NCBI GenBank assembly: GCA_965216325.1 | Contig: OZ244160.1 | Coordinates: forward strand, 2,912,001-2,976,000 | Reading direction: 5' to 3' | Length of the DNA: 64,000 nucleotides | Source of the DNA: Coraliomargarita sp. | Lineage (GTDB): Bacteria > Verrucomicrobiota > Verrucomicrobiia > Opitutales > Coraliomargaritaceae | In this document: in pieces, positions 33,601-41,917 of the stretch | Position numbering within the stretch: the stretch's first letter is position 1 | Layout: every line of letters begins with the position of its first letter | Translations under genes and position numbers: made by a program | The notes under the pieces: model-generated | Database searches by the model: none | What the model was told of the DNA's origin: nothing | What the model saw: the letters and a program-made list of their open reading frames with translations, nothing else

Positions 33601-33804
33601 AGTCGGAGGCCAGAGGTCAGAGGTCAGTCGAATTTGATACGGGGGTGCGGTTCGCAAGATGGTTTCGGTCTCCTCATCAGAGCTTAAAAAGACTTTTTCG
33701 CGTGGCAATTCGATGGCACATAGGTAACGTTTTCTAATGATAGATGTCAGTTACGATTACGTCAGATCGGTTCTGACTACTCATCTCTGACTACTGACCT
33801 CTGA
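33601..33804. repeat. inverted heptamer tandem repeats (GGTCAGA)n ... (TCTGACY)n
   Basis: AGTCGGAGGCCAGAGGTCAGAGGTCAGT at 33601-33628 and TCTGACTACTCATCTCTGACTACTGACCTCTGA at 33772-33804. Confidence 0.75.
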
Positions 33805-33809
33805 AATTT

Positions 33810-35411
33810 ATGAGCCGAAACAAAAAGCCCGCTGTCATTGTAGCCGTTGCACTCTGTGCGTTGATGACCCTCCCGATCCTGATTATGATGATCTCCCGAA
33901 CCAGGGGCGGTGGCAGTGGTGGCGCTAGTCCGAGTGAGGCACCAGAGGTGATCGGCAGTGCATCGGTGGCAAATTATGATCTACGTCAGCTCGCCGAGCG
34001 TGCGGAGTCATTGCTCAACAACGAACTCGCCGCAGCGGTGCGCAAGGGCGACGTCTCGTTGGATTTTGTGATGCGCCTAAAAAAAGATTTCGACAAGGCA
34101 GAGAGTGCGCTGGCCTCGGGGAAGGACGAAAAGGCGCAAAAGCTCTACGCTGGGGTGGTTCAAGCTGCGGAAACGGAACTCTCGGCGCTTGTATTGGCCG
34201 ACCAGGCGCGTGCGCTTAAAGATAGCACCTATGTGACGCTCCAGCGACTCGAATACCTGAACGCGGTATTTGAGAAGACGTATGCTGAGGCGGTCAGCAC
34301 CTACAACGAGGCGCTCGCTGCGCTGAATGCAAGTCAGTATGAGGAGAGTCTGAAAGGCTTTGAAATGTCGGCTGCCATTCTTGGCGATCTAGAGGCCCGA
34401 TCAGTGCAGCAAATCGGCAGTATGCTCGAAGCGGCTCAGGCGGCACTGGATGCTTATGAGTTGGATGCCGCACGTGCGAAATTTCAGAGTGTGCTCGAAA
34501 TCGATCCAAATAATGCCGTCGCCCGTGCTGGGCTCGAAACTGTCGAAGCGCTGGCTGAGATTGCTGACGAGGTGAAATCCATCGAGAAACTCGAAGCGGC
34601 AGGGTACTTCGAGAAAGCCCTCGCCGAACTCGAAGCCGTTGTCGCTCAGTATCCGCACAACAGCTTCCTCAAGTCGAAGCGTGAAGACCTGCAGCAGCAG
34701 ATCATTGACCGCGATTACGCTGAATTCATCGCCAAGGCAGGTATTGCGGAAGGAGAGGGCAACTATGCTGCGGCGATCGAAGCACTGGAGGCAGCACTCA
34801 AACTGAAATTCGATCCCGAACAGCAGGCCCGCCTCGAAGACCTGAAGGCAAAATACAAAGCTGCGCGTCTGGAATCGCTCCTGCAGCGCGGCTACGACTC
34901 CCTCAAAGCTGGACGCTACACGGAAGCCCGCGATATCTACAAAGAGGCGGTCGATTTAGCGCCGGAGTCTCAGGAGGCGCGCAACGGTTATCAGAAAGCC
35001 TCTAGTTTGCATCTGGCTTCGATCCGCTACACGCAAGGCATCGAGGATGCAGCCAAATACATTCAGGAGGGCCGCTATCCGGTTGCGGCGAAGTTCTTCA
35101 ACACCGCGATGGGCGCCAAGCCGAGCAACATTACCATGACTCAGCAGAAAGAAGAAACCCGCATCCGCAATATCCTGCAGCAGCAAAGTCAAGAGGCCTC
35201 GATATCGATCAAGTCGGACAAGAAAACCTATGTGAGCATCATTGGCGTCTTTCCGCCGGAAAAACTCAAAAGTAAGGAGCTAAAACTCTATCCGGATGTC
35301 TATAAGATAAGAGGCACTCGTCGTGGCTACCAAGCAGTTGAAATCGAACTTCGCGTGGATGCCACCAAGTCAAATCAAAGCATCGAAGTCATTTGCACCG
35401 AAAAACAATGA
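33810..35411 (+). CDS. membrane-anchored TPR protein with C-terminal beta (PEGA-like) domain
   Basis: N-terminal TM; TPR motifs (VLEIDPNN..A..GL, AVDLAPES.EA..G); C-terminal SD...V...L.P..Y...GTRRGY. Confidence 0.75.
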   Translation: MSRNKKPAVIVAVALCALMTLPILIMMISRTRGGGSGGASPSEAPEVIGSASVANYDLRQLAERAESLLNNELAAAVRKGDVSLDFVMRLKKDFDKAESALASGKDEKAQKLYAGVVQAAETELSALVLADQARALKDSTYVTLQRLEYLNAVFEKTYAEAVSTYNEALAALNASQYEESLKGFEMSAAILGDLEARSVQQIGSMLEAAQAALDAYELDAARAKFQSVLEIDPNNAVARAGLETVEALAEIADEVKSIEKLEAAGYFEKALAELEAVVAQYPHNSFLKSKREDLQQQIIDRDYAEFIAKAGIAEGEGNYAAAIEALEAALKLKFDPEQQARLEDLKAKYKAARLESLLQRGYDSLKAGRYTEARDIYKEAVDLAPESQEARNGYQKASSLHLASIRYTQGIEDAAKYIQEGRYPVAAKFFNTAMGAKPSNITMTQQKEETRIRNILQQQSQEASISIKSDKKTYVSIIGVFPPEKLKSKELKLYPDVYKIRGTRRGYQAVEIELRVDATKSNQSIEVICTEKQ

Positions 35412-36166
35412 GGATTTTTAACGTAGGGGCGTGCCTTGGCGCGCCCGCCACAGAGCAAAAGCCTCCCCGCTGTGGGCGCGCCAAGGCACGCCCCTACGTT
35501 TTATTCCTAGCTATTTTAGCCGGATGTGCTCCTACACTCTCGGCTACGCCCGATCCCGATATCTTCGATGGGCGAATCACACAGCAGCCGCCCGAATCTG
35601 AAGGCTCTGCAGCTAGCGGTGCCGAAGGTAGTCAGGGCAGTGAAGCTGCCGCGAGTGGCGGTACTCAGGGTGGTGCGCAACAATCCGAGCGGGACCTTGA
35701 ATCTACCGGATCGACCGGCAGGGGCGAAACCGTTCAATCCGGAACGTCCAAGTCGGGCTCTACGCCATCGGGCTCTTGGGGTAGCACTGCCGGTAGTGGT
35801 AGCGAGGCGGGCAATCCGAGCGGTCAAGCAGGTGGTTCCGAAACAGAAAGCTCAAGCACTGGTGGCGGAGCAGGTAGCGCTGGTCAAACGGGGTCCGGGC
35901 AAGAAGCCGGTGGTTCCGGAGGCGGGGGTGAGCCGACGGCTGAGCGCAGTTTTGAAGACTTCGGCTTCGGTGGCAGCGAAGCGACGAACTCCACGGTTTC
36001 TGAAAAAACATCTAAGTCTGGCTCGGGTTCAAAATCTTCGGGTAGTAGTTCGTCCGGCTCTACTGACTCTAGCCAAGGCACTGGAGGCACTGGTGGAAGT
36101 GGTTCAGAGTCCCATCAGGGCAACGGCACTGGGGATTACGGTTCAAACATTCCGAGCGGCATATAA
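35408..36166 (+). CDS. exported Gly/Ser-rich low-complexity protein with an in-frame REP insertion
   Basis: ATGA overlap with the upstream stop; hydrophobic LFLAILAGC; G/S/T/E-rich body. Confidence 0.75.
   Translation: MRIFNVGACLGAPATEQKPPRCGRAKARPYVLFLAILAGCAPTLSATPDPDIFDGRITQQPPESEGSAASGAEGSQGSEAAASGGTQGGAQQSERDLESTGSTGRGETVQSGTSKSGSTPSGSWGSTAGSGSEAGNPSGQAGGSETESSSTGGGAGSAGQTGSGQEAGGSGGGGEPTAERSFEDFGFGGSEATNSTVSEKTSKSGSGSKSSGSSSSGSTDSSQGTGGTGGSGSESHQGNGTGDYGSNIPSGI
35420..35500. repeat. GTAG-type REP doublet (perfect 27-bp inverted repeat) inside a CDS
   Basis: AACGTAGGGGCGTGCCTTGGCGCGCCC (35420-35446) is the exact reverse complement of 35474-35500. Confidence 0.9.
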
Positions 36167-36753
36167 TGAGAACTCGAGATTATTTAAATGGAGGGACGTC
36201 GTCCTCGACGTCCGCTAACCACATGCTCGGACCGCGAGGACGTGGTCCCTCCACGCATGCACTATGGCTTGCGATTCCTCTGTTCCTGCTTTCCTCATTG
36301 ATCACTCACGCTCAGCTACGCGTGATCGAGGAAGAGGCGATTCCGTTTACGGGTTTTCTTTCCAAGGCTAAATTCGATGAGCGCTATCCCGGTAAGCAAG
36401 TGCCGGACGTGTCACAGCTGGATTCAGGCTGGTATGTGGTCTATCAGCACGAATCACTGAGTTATTACTTTGGGCCAATCTTACTCGAGTCTACTGCTGA
36501 GGATTATTTGGCGCAACTCGAAGCAATTGTCGGCGATGCCGTGGCCCAGCGTCCGGACATTCAGAACTATCGGCTCGAGTTGAGCTTTGAACCGAGTGAG
36601 ATTAGCCAGTCTGGAGGACAATCCGGCCAGGACGCCAGCCAGCAACCGTCTGAGCAGAATCCACAACAGGATCCCGGCGCAAGCGGATCACCACCTCCAC
36701 CGCCGCAGGAGTTTAGCTTGTTTGGACTGATCAAGCGCATCTTCGGACTGTAG
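36166..36753 (+). CDS. hypothetical exported protein with an in-frame REP insertion
   Basis: TAATG overlap with the upstream stop; signal h-region LWLAIPLFLLSSLITHA; P/Q linker; amphipathic C-terminus FSLFGLIKRIFGL. Confidence 0.75.
   Translation: MRTRDYLNGGTSSSTSANHMLGPRGRGPSTHALWLAIPLFLLSSLITHAQLRVIEEEAIPFTGFLSKAKFDERYPGKQVPDVSQLDSGWYVVYQHESLSYYFGPILLESTAEDYLAQLEAIVGDAVAQRPDIQNYRLELSFEPSEISQSGGQSGQDASQQPSEQNPQQDPGASGSPPPPPQEFSLFGLIKRIFGL
36189..36253. repeat. GGAG-type REP doublet inside a CDS
   Basis: TGGAGGGACGTCGTCCTCGACGTCCG vs reverse complement of right arm TGGAGGGACCACGTCCTCGCGGTCCG (22/26). Confidence 0.85.
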
Positions 36754-36774
36754 CTGAGTGTGGCTTTGAGCCTC

Positions 36775-36846
36775 GCCCACGAATTTCACGAATTATCACG
36801 AAGGCATACGTAAGGTCGTTCGTGTTGATTCGTGTAATTCGTGGGC
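36775..36846. repeat. inverted repeat built from CACGAA x3 / TTCGTG x3
   Basis: GCCCACGAATTTCACGAATTATCACGAA vs reverse complement GCCCACGAATTACACGAATCAACACGAA (25/28). Confidence 0.85.
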
Positions 36847-36884
36847 TCTTTCGTCGTCAGATTCTCATTAATGAGAATGAGCAT

Positions 36885-36917
36885 AAAAAAGCCGGAACCC
36901 ACGAATGGATTCCGGCT
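36885..36917 (-). terminator. intrinsic terminator of pfp
   Basis: AAAAAAGCCGGAA...TTCCGGCT. Confidence 0.75.
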
Positions 36918-36942
36918 GTGCAAAGTTTGAGCTTAACAACGC

Positions 36943-38181
<1,239 letters not shown>

Positions 38182-38426
38182 AATAAATATATAGGTGTGA
38201 GTGAGAATGTTCCGAGGAGCGGAGCGAGGACAAAACCATACGCAAAGCGAACCGGATCATGAGCCGTAGCTTTGTGGGAGATTTTGTCTGCAAAGCAAAC
38301 ATGAAGTCGTGTTGAGATTTTACGCAAATATGGTGCGCCCTTGTTATAATCAGAATTATTAACGATGATTAGTGAATTTGAGGAGCGGTTCTTGCAGTTG
38401 CTCGGATGTGGTGCCAACTTGCGCGC

Positions 38427-39425
38427 ATGATCGTTACGATGTTCAGCACAAAATCCTATGATGAACGCTACTTTGCCGCAGCGAATGAGGCGGGCGCAAA
38501 GCATGACTTGATTTTTCAGGAGGCAAAATTGACCGCGCAATCGGCGCCACTCGCGATAGGCTCGCGCTGTGTCTGTGCCTTTGTCAATGACCACCTAGAC
38601 CGCGAGGTCTTGGAGCAGTTGAGCGCCGGAGGCACTGAGTATCTCGCACTACGCTGTGCGGGCTTCAATAATGTCGATTTGGAGGCCGCCAATGAACTGG
38701 GAATCAAAGTGGTGCGGGTTCCGGCGTATTCGCCGCATGCGGTTGCGGAGCACACTCTTGCTCTGTTGCTGACACTGAATCGTCGTATTCACCGTGCTTA
38801 CAACCGTGTGCGCGAGGGTAATTTTGCGCTGAATGGTTTGGTGGGCTTTGATTTGCATGGGCTGACAGTTGGTATTATCGGCACCGGTAAGATTGGTACG
38901 ATCACCGCCGGCCTCTTCAAGGGCTTTGGCTGTAACTTGGTTTGTTACGATGTATTCGAAAACCCAGAGATGAAGGCGATGGGGGCAACCTACATGCCGC
39001 TCGACGATCTCTTTGCCCAGTCCGATATCATTTCGCTACACTGTCCTTTGTTGGAATCGACGCACCACCTGATCAACGAGGGGGCGATCCAGAAGATGAA
39101 GCCTGGCGTGACTTTGCTGAATACCAGCCGCGGTGCCTTGATTGATACCGCCGCAGTGATTGCCGGCCTCAAGTCCGGGCACATTGGCAACCTCGCAATC
39201 GATGTGTATGAGGAAGAGGACAATTTGTTCTTCGAGGACAAATCGGGGCAGGTGATGCAAGACGATATCTTCGCACGCTTGCTGACGTTCCCGAATGTGC
39301 TAATTACAGGCCACCAGGCGTTCTTTACTGATACAGCCCTTTCCCAGATTGCGCAGGTGACGCTGAAGAATATTACAGATTTAGAGCAAACAGGTCGTAG
39401 CGACAACGAAGTCGTGTTTAGTTAA
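38427..39425 (+). CDS. ldhA: D-lactate dehydrogenase / D-2-hydroxyacid dehydrogenase
   Basis: [46 protein letters not shown]. Confidence 0.92.
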   Translation: MIVTMFSTKSYDERYFAAANEAGAKHDLIFQEAKLTAQSAPLAIGSRCVCAFVNDHLDREVLEQLSAGGTEYLALRCAGFNNVDLEAANELGIKVVRVPAYSPHAVAEHTLALLLTLNRRIHRAYNRVREGNFALNGLVGFDLHGLTVGIIGTGKIGTITAGLFKGFGCNLVCYDVFENPEMKAMGATYMPLDDLFAQSDIISLHCPLLESTHHLINEGAIQKMKPGVTLLNTSRGALIDTAAVIAGLKSGHIGNLAIDVYEEEDNLFFEDKSGQVMQDDIFARLLTFPNVLITGHQAFFTDTALSQIAQVTLKNITDLEQTGRSDNEVVFS

Positions 39426-39428
39426 GAC

Positions 39429-40766
39429 ATGCCGACTGACCTCGAGGTTATCGCGCAGCGCAATGTGCGCGCCTTTACGCTGTTCCGAATGTTTTTTTCG
39501 GCGCGGTTCTATTATCCGGTCTATGCGCTGATCTTTCTCGATTATGGCCTGACACTAGAGCAGTTCGGTATCCTGAACGGTATCTGGGCAGTTACCATCG
39601 TGCTCTCTGAAGTGCCATCCGGTGCTTTGGCGGATACAGTTGGGCGGCGGAATTTGCTCATATTCTCCGGGGTTTTCATGTTGCTGGAGATGGCTGTGCT
39701 GCTGATCGCACCGATCAATGGTGGCGCGCTCTTGTTCATGATGTTCCTGTTCAATCGCATCATTAGCGGTTTGGCCGAAGCGGCTGCGAGTGGGGCAGAT
39801 GAGGCGCTGGCGTATGACTCTTTAAAAGCTGTCGGGCAGGAAGATCGTTGGGGACACATCTTAGAACGTGTGCAGCGCGATACCTCGATTGTCGTGTTCT
39901 TTGTCGTGCTGATCGGTGCTGCGATCTATGACCCGAATATGGTGAATGCCTTGTTCGCTTTTCTTGGGCTTGATTGGCGCGTTGTTCAGGAGGACTTGGT
40001 CAAAGTTCCGCTGCTCTTAACCTTTTGCTCTGGTATCGTGGTGCTTACGATGGCTCTGCGTATGCGCGAGTGTACAGAGCGCGTACACGATTCAGTGGTT
40101 GAGACTCTGAAGTCGAGTTGGCGACAGTCGGTGACCGCTGCCAGGTGGATTTGGACGGCTGCGCTACCGTTTGGTATTTTAATGGCAGTCATGTCGCTGG
40201 ATAGTCTCATTCGCCAGTTCCTGACCCTCGCCAGTGAATATTGGAATGTCATCGATATGCCGATCGCGAGTTATGGATTGATTGGCTCGGGGATGGCAGT
40301 TGTTGGTATGTTTGTGCCGCGTTGGGCGCGGTTGTTGGCTGAGCGCTATACTCCGGTGCAGAACTACATGTTCACCGCAACGATGGTCTTTGTCGGTCTG
40401 TTGGGACTCGGCTTTGCCATTCCGTATTGGGGCATTGCGCCAGCGGTGTTTTTATACTCGGCGATGCACTTCATGGCGTTCTTCGCGAGTCGCTATCTGA
40501 ATGAATCGGCGCCTTCCGATCAACGTGCAACGGTGCTTAGTTTTAAAGGCTTAACATCGAATTTTGCTTATGGCGCGGTATCTTTGATGTATTCTGGTCT
40601 GATCGTTGCAATCAAAGCAGGCGATGATACGGACGCGCTGATTGTCGAGGCAGACTATCAGAAGTCTGTATTCATCGATTCACTACAAGTTTTTCCATGG
40701 TATTTCCTCGTGACCGTTGTGCTGGTCTTCGCGGTGCATCGTTTGAAGTTTGGGAAAGGAAGTTGA
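39429..40766 (+). CDS. MFS transporter
   Basis: EVPSGALAD..GRR, SGA.EAL.YDSL, RATVLS; about 12 TM segments. Confidence 0.9.
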   Translation: MPTDLEVIAQRNVRAFTLFRMFFSARFYYPVYALIFLDYGLTLEQFGILNGIWAVTIVLSEVPSGALADTVGRRNLLIFSGVFMLLEMAVLLIAPINGGALLFMMFLFNRIISGLAEAAASGADEALAYDSLKAVGQEDRWGHILERVQRDTSIVVFFVVLIGAAIYDPNMVNALFAFLGLDWRVVQEDLVKVPLLLTFCSGIVVLTMALRMRECTERVHDSVVETLKSSWRQSVTAARWIWTAALPFGILMAVMSLDSLIRQFLTLASEYWNVIDMPIASYGLIGSGMAVVGMFVPRWARLLAERYTPVQNYMFTATMVFVGLLGLGFAIPYWGIAPAVFLYSAMHFMAFFASRYLNESAPSDQRATVLSFKGLTSNFAYGAVSLMYSGLIVAIKAGDDTDALIVEADYQKSVFIDSLQVFPWYFLVTVVLVFAVHRLKFGKGS

Positions 40767-40771
40767 TTGAG

Positions 40772-40797
40772 TGGAGGGCAACGCTCCGTCGTTGCCA
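40772..40797 (+). repeat. solo GGAG-type REP-like unit
   Basis: TGGAGGGCAACGCTCCGTCGTTGCCA, 24/26 identical to the reverse complement of 2346-2371. Confidence 0.8.
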
Positions 40798-40832
40798 CCG
40801 CAGGGTAAAAGCTTACAACGCTGATTTCGGGG

Positions 40833-41348
40833 TTACCAAAGCTCAGGCTTCTGTAGTGCTTCCACGCAGATGAGCTTGCCGCTTGTGGGGTGGTGCTCGT
40901 TGAGCTTTAGAATTTGCCAACCGAATGGATAGCGGAGCGGGTAGGGTGCTTCGATTGTGCTTGTGGGGGCCTCAATGAAACCGAAGCGAGCGTAGTAATT
41001 GGGATCTCCGTAGACGTAGAGTTCATGGGCGTCGGATGCTTTGTATTCGGCGATGCCTTGTTGGACTAGACGGCCACCGATTCCTTGCTTCTGGAGCTTG
41101 GGTGTGACTGCTAGAGGTGCCAGCAGCACTGCACGATAGTCCGTGTGCTCGGGGATGGATAACGGACTAAATGCGATGTGTCCTTCCAGCTGGCCTCCAT
41201 TCTCTGCCACAAGGCTGTTAGCATGTGCAGACTTCAATAAGTCGAGTGCGAGCTGTGCGACTAGCTTCGATTCGTCTGGCGGAAAGGCGTCGCGATAGAG
41301 CTCACTCATTTGAGCCTGATCGCTGAGCCTTGCCGGACGGATTTTCAT
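40833..41348 (-). CDS. GNAT N-acetyltransferase (YhbS-like)
   Basis: GHI.FSP, LAPLAV.P..Q.QGIG..L, GDP.YY.RFGF. Confidence 0.9.
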   Translation of the reverse strand: MKIRPARLSDQAQMSELYRDAFPPDESKLVAQLALDLLKSAHANSLVAENGGQLEGHIAFSPLSIPEHTDYRAVLLAPLAVTPKLQKQGIGGRLVQQGIAEYKASDAHELYVYGDPNYYARFGFIEAPTSTIEAPYPLRYPFGWQILKLNEHHPTSGKLICVEALQKPELW

Positions 41349-41363
41349 CGCAGTGTGATGCGC

Positions 41364-41453
41364 TGGTAGGGACGACTGCCCTCAGTCGTCCGCATTTTCT
41401 CTCTGGCGGACGCTTGCACCCAAGGGCATAATAAAGGGCAAGCGTCCCTACCA
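41364..41453. repeat. GTAG-type REP-like doublet
   Basis: TGGTAGGGACGACTGCCCTCAGTCGTCCGC...GCGGACGCTTGC...GCAAGCGTCCCTACCA. Confidence 0.75.
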
Positions 41454-41456
41454 TCT

Positions 41457-41843
41457 TTATTGATGTTCTAGGATCTCGACTTCGTAGCCGTCTGGGTCGG
41501 TGATGAAGGCCATCTTCTTGCCGTCGACAAACTTCTCGCGCCAGTTGCTCGGCCACAGATCGGTTTCGATTTCTAGGCCTTCGAGCATTTCGCAGTATTC
41601 AATGATGTCATCGACGCGAATGCAGGTGTGGACCAAGTCTTCAGGCACCTTCACTTCGTAGTCAGGTGAGTGGGTGAGTTCCAGCTGGTGGTCACTGGCC
41701 GGAAGCTTGAGGTGCGCAAGCTGGTTGCCGGAGGGCGACTTGTCGGTGCGGCGCATGACTTCAAAGCCGCAGGTCTGGCAATACCAGTCGATGGATTTTT
41801 CGAGGTTGGAGACGCGGATACGGGTGTGGTCGAAGGTGATCAT
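41457..41843 (-). CDS. VOC/glyoxalase I family protein
   Basis: HT.IRV.NLE.SI..Y, LELT, F..DPDGY.VEI. Confidence 0.9.
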   Translation of the reverse strand: MITFDHTRIRVSNLEKSIDWYCQTCGFEVMRRTDKSPSGNQLAHLKLPASDHQLELTHSPDYEVKVPEDLVHTCIRVDDIIEYCEMLEGLEIETDLWPSNWREKFVDGKKMAFITDPDGYEVEILEHQ

Positions 41844-41917
41844 GTTTTTCTTGGAATGAATGTGCGAAAGTTTGAAAGTGTAAACTTAGCGGCTATGCGA
41901 CAACGTGCAACTAACAA

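Noticed and set aside
33725..33736. 12-mer TAACGTTTTCTA also present in reverse at about 13655, LacI-operator-like
   Set aside because: A single shared 12-mer is expected by chance at this scale; no regulator nearby.
33601..36846. Short repeats as a possible CRISPR array
   Set aside because: The repeats are inverted or tandem, with no regular repeat-spacer periodicity and no cas genes.
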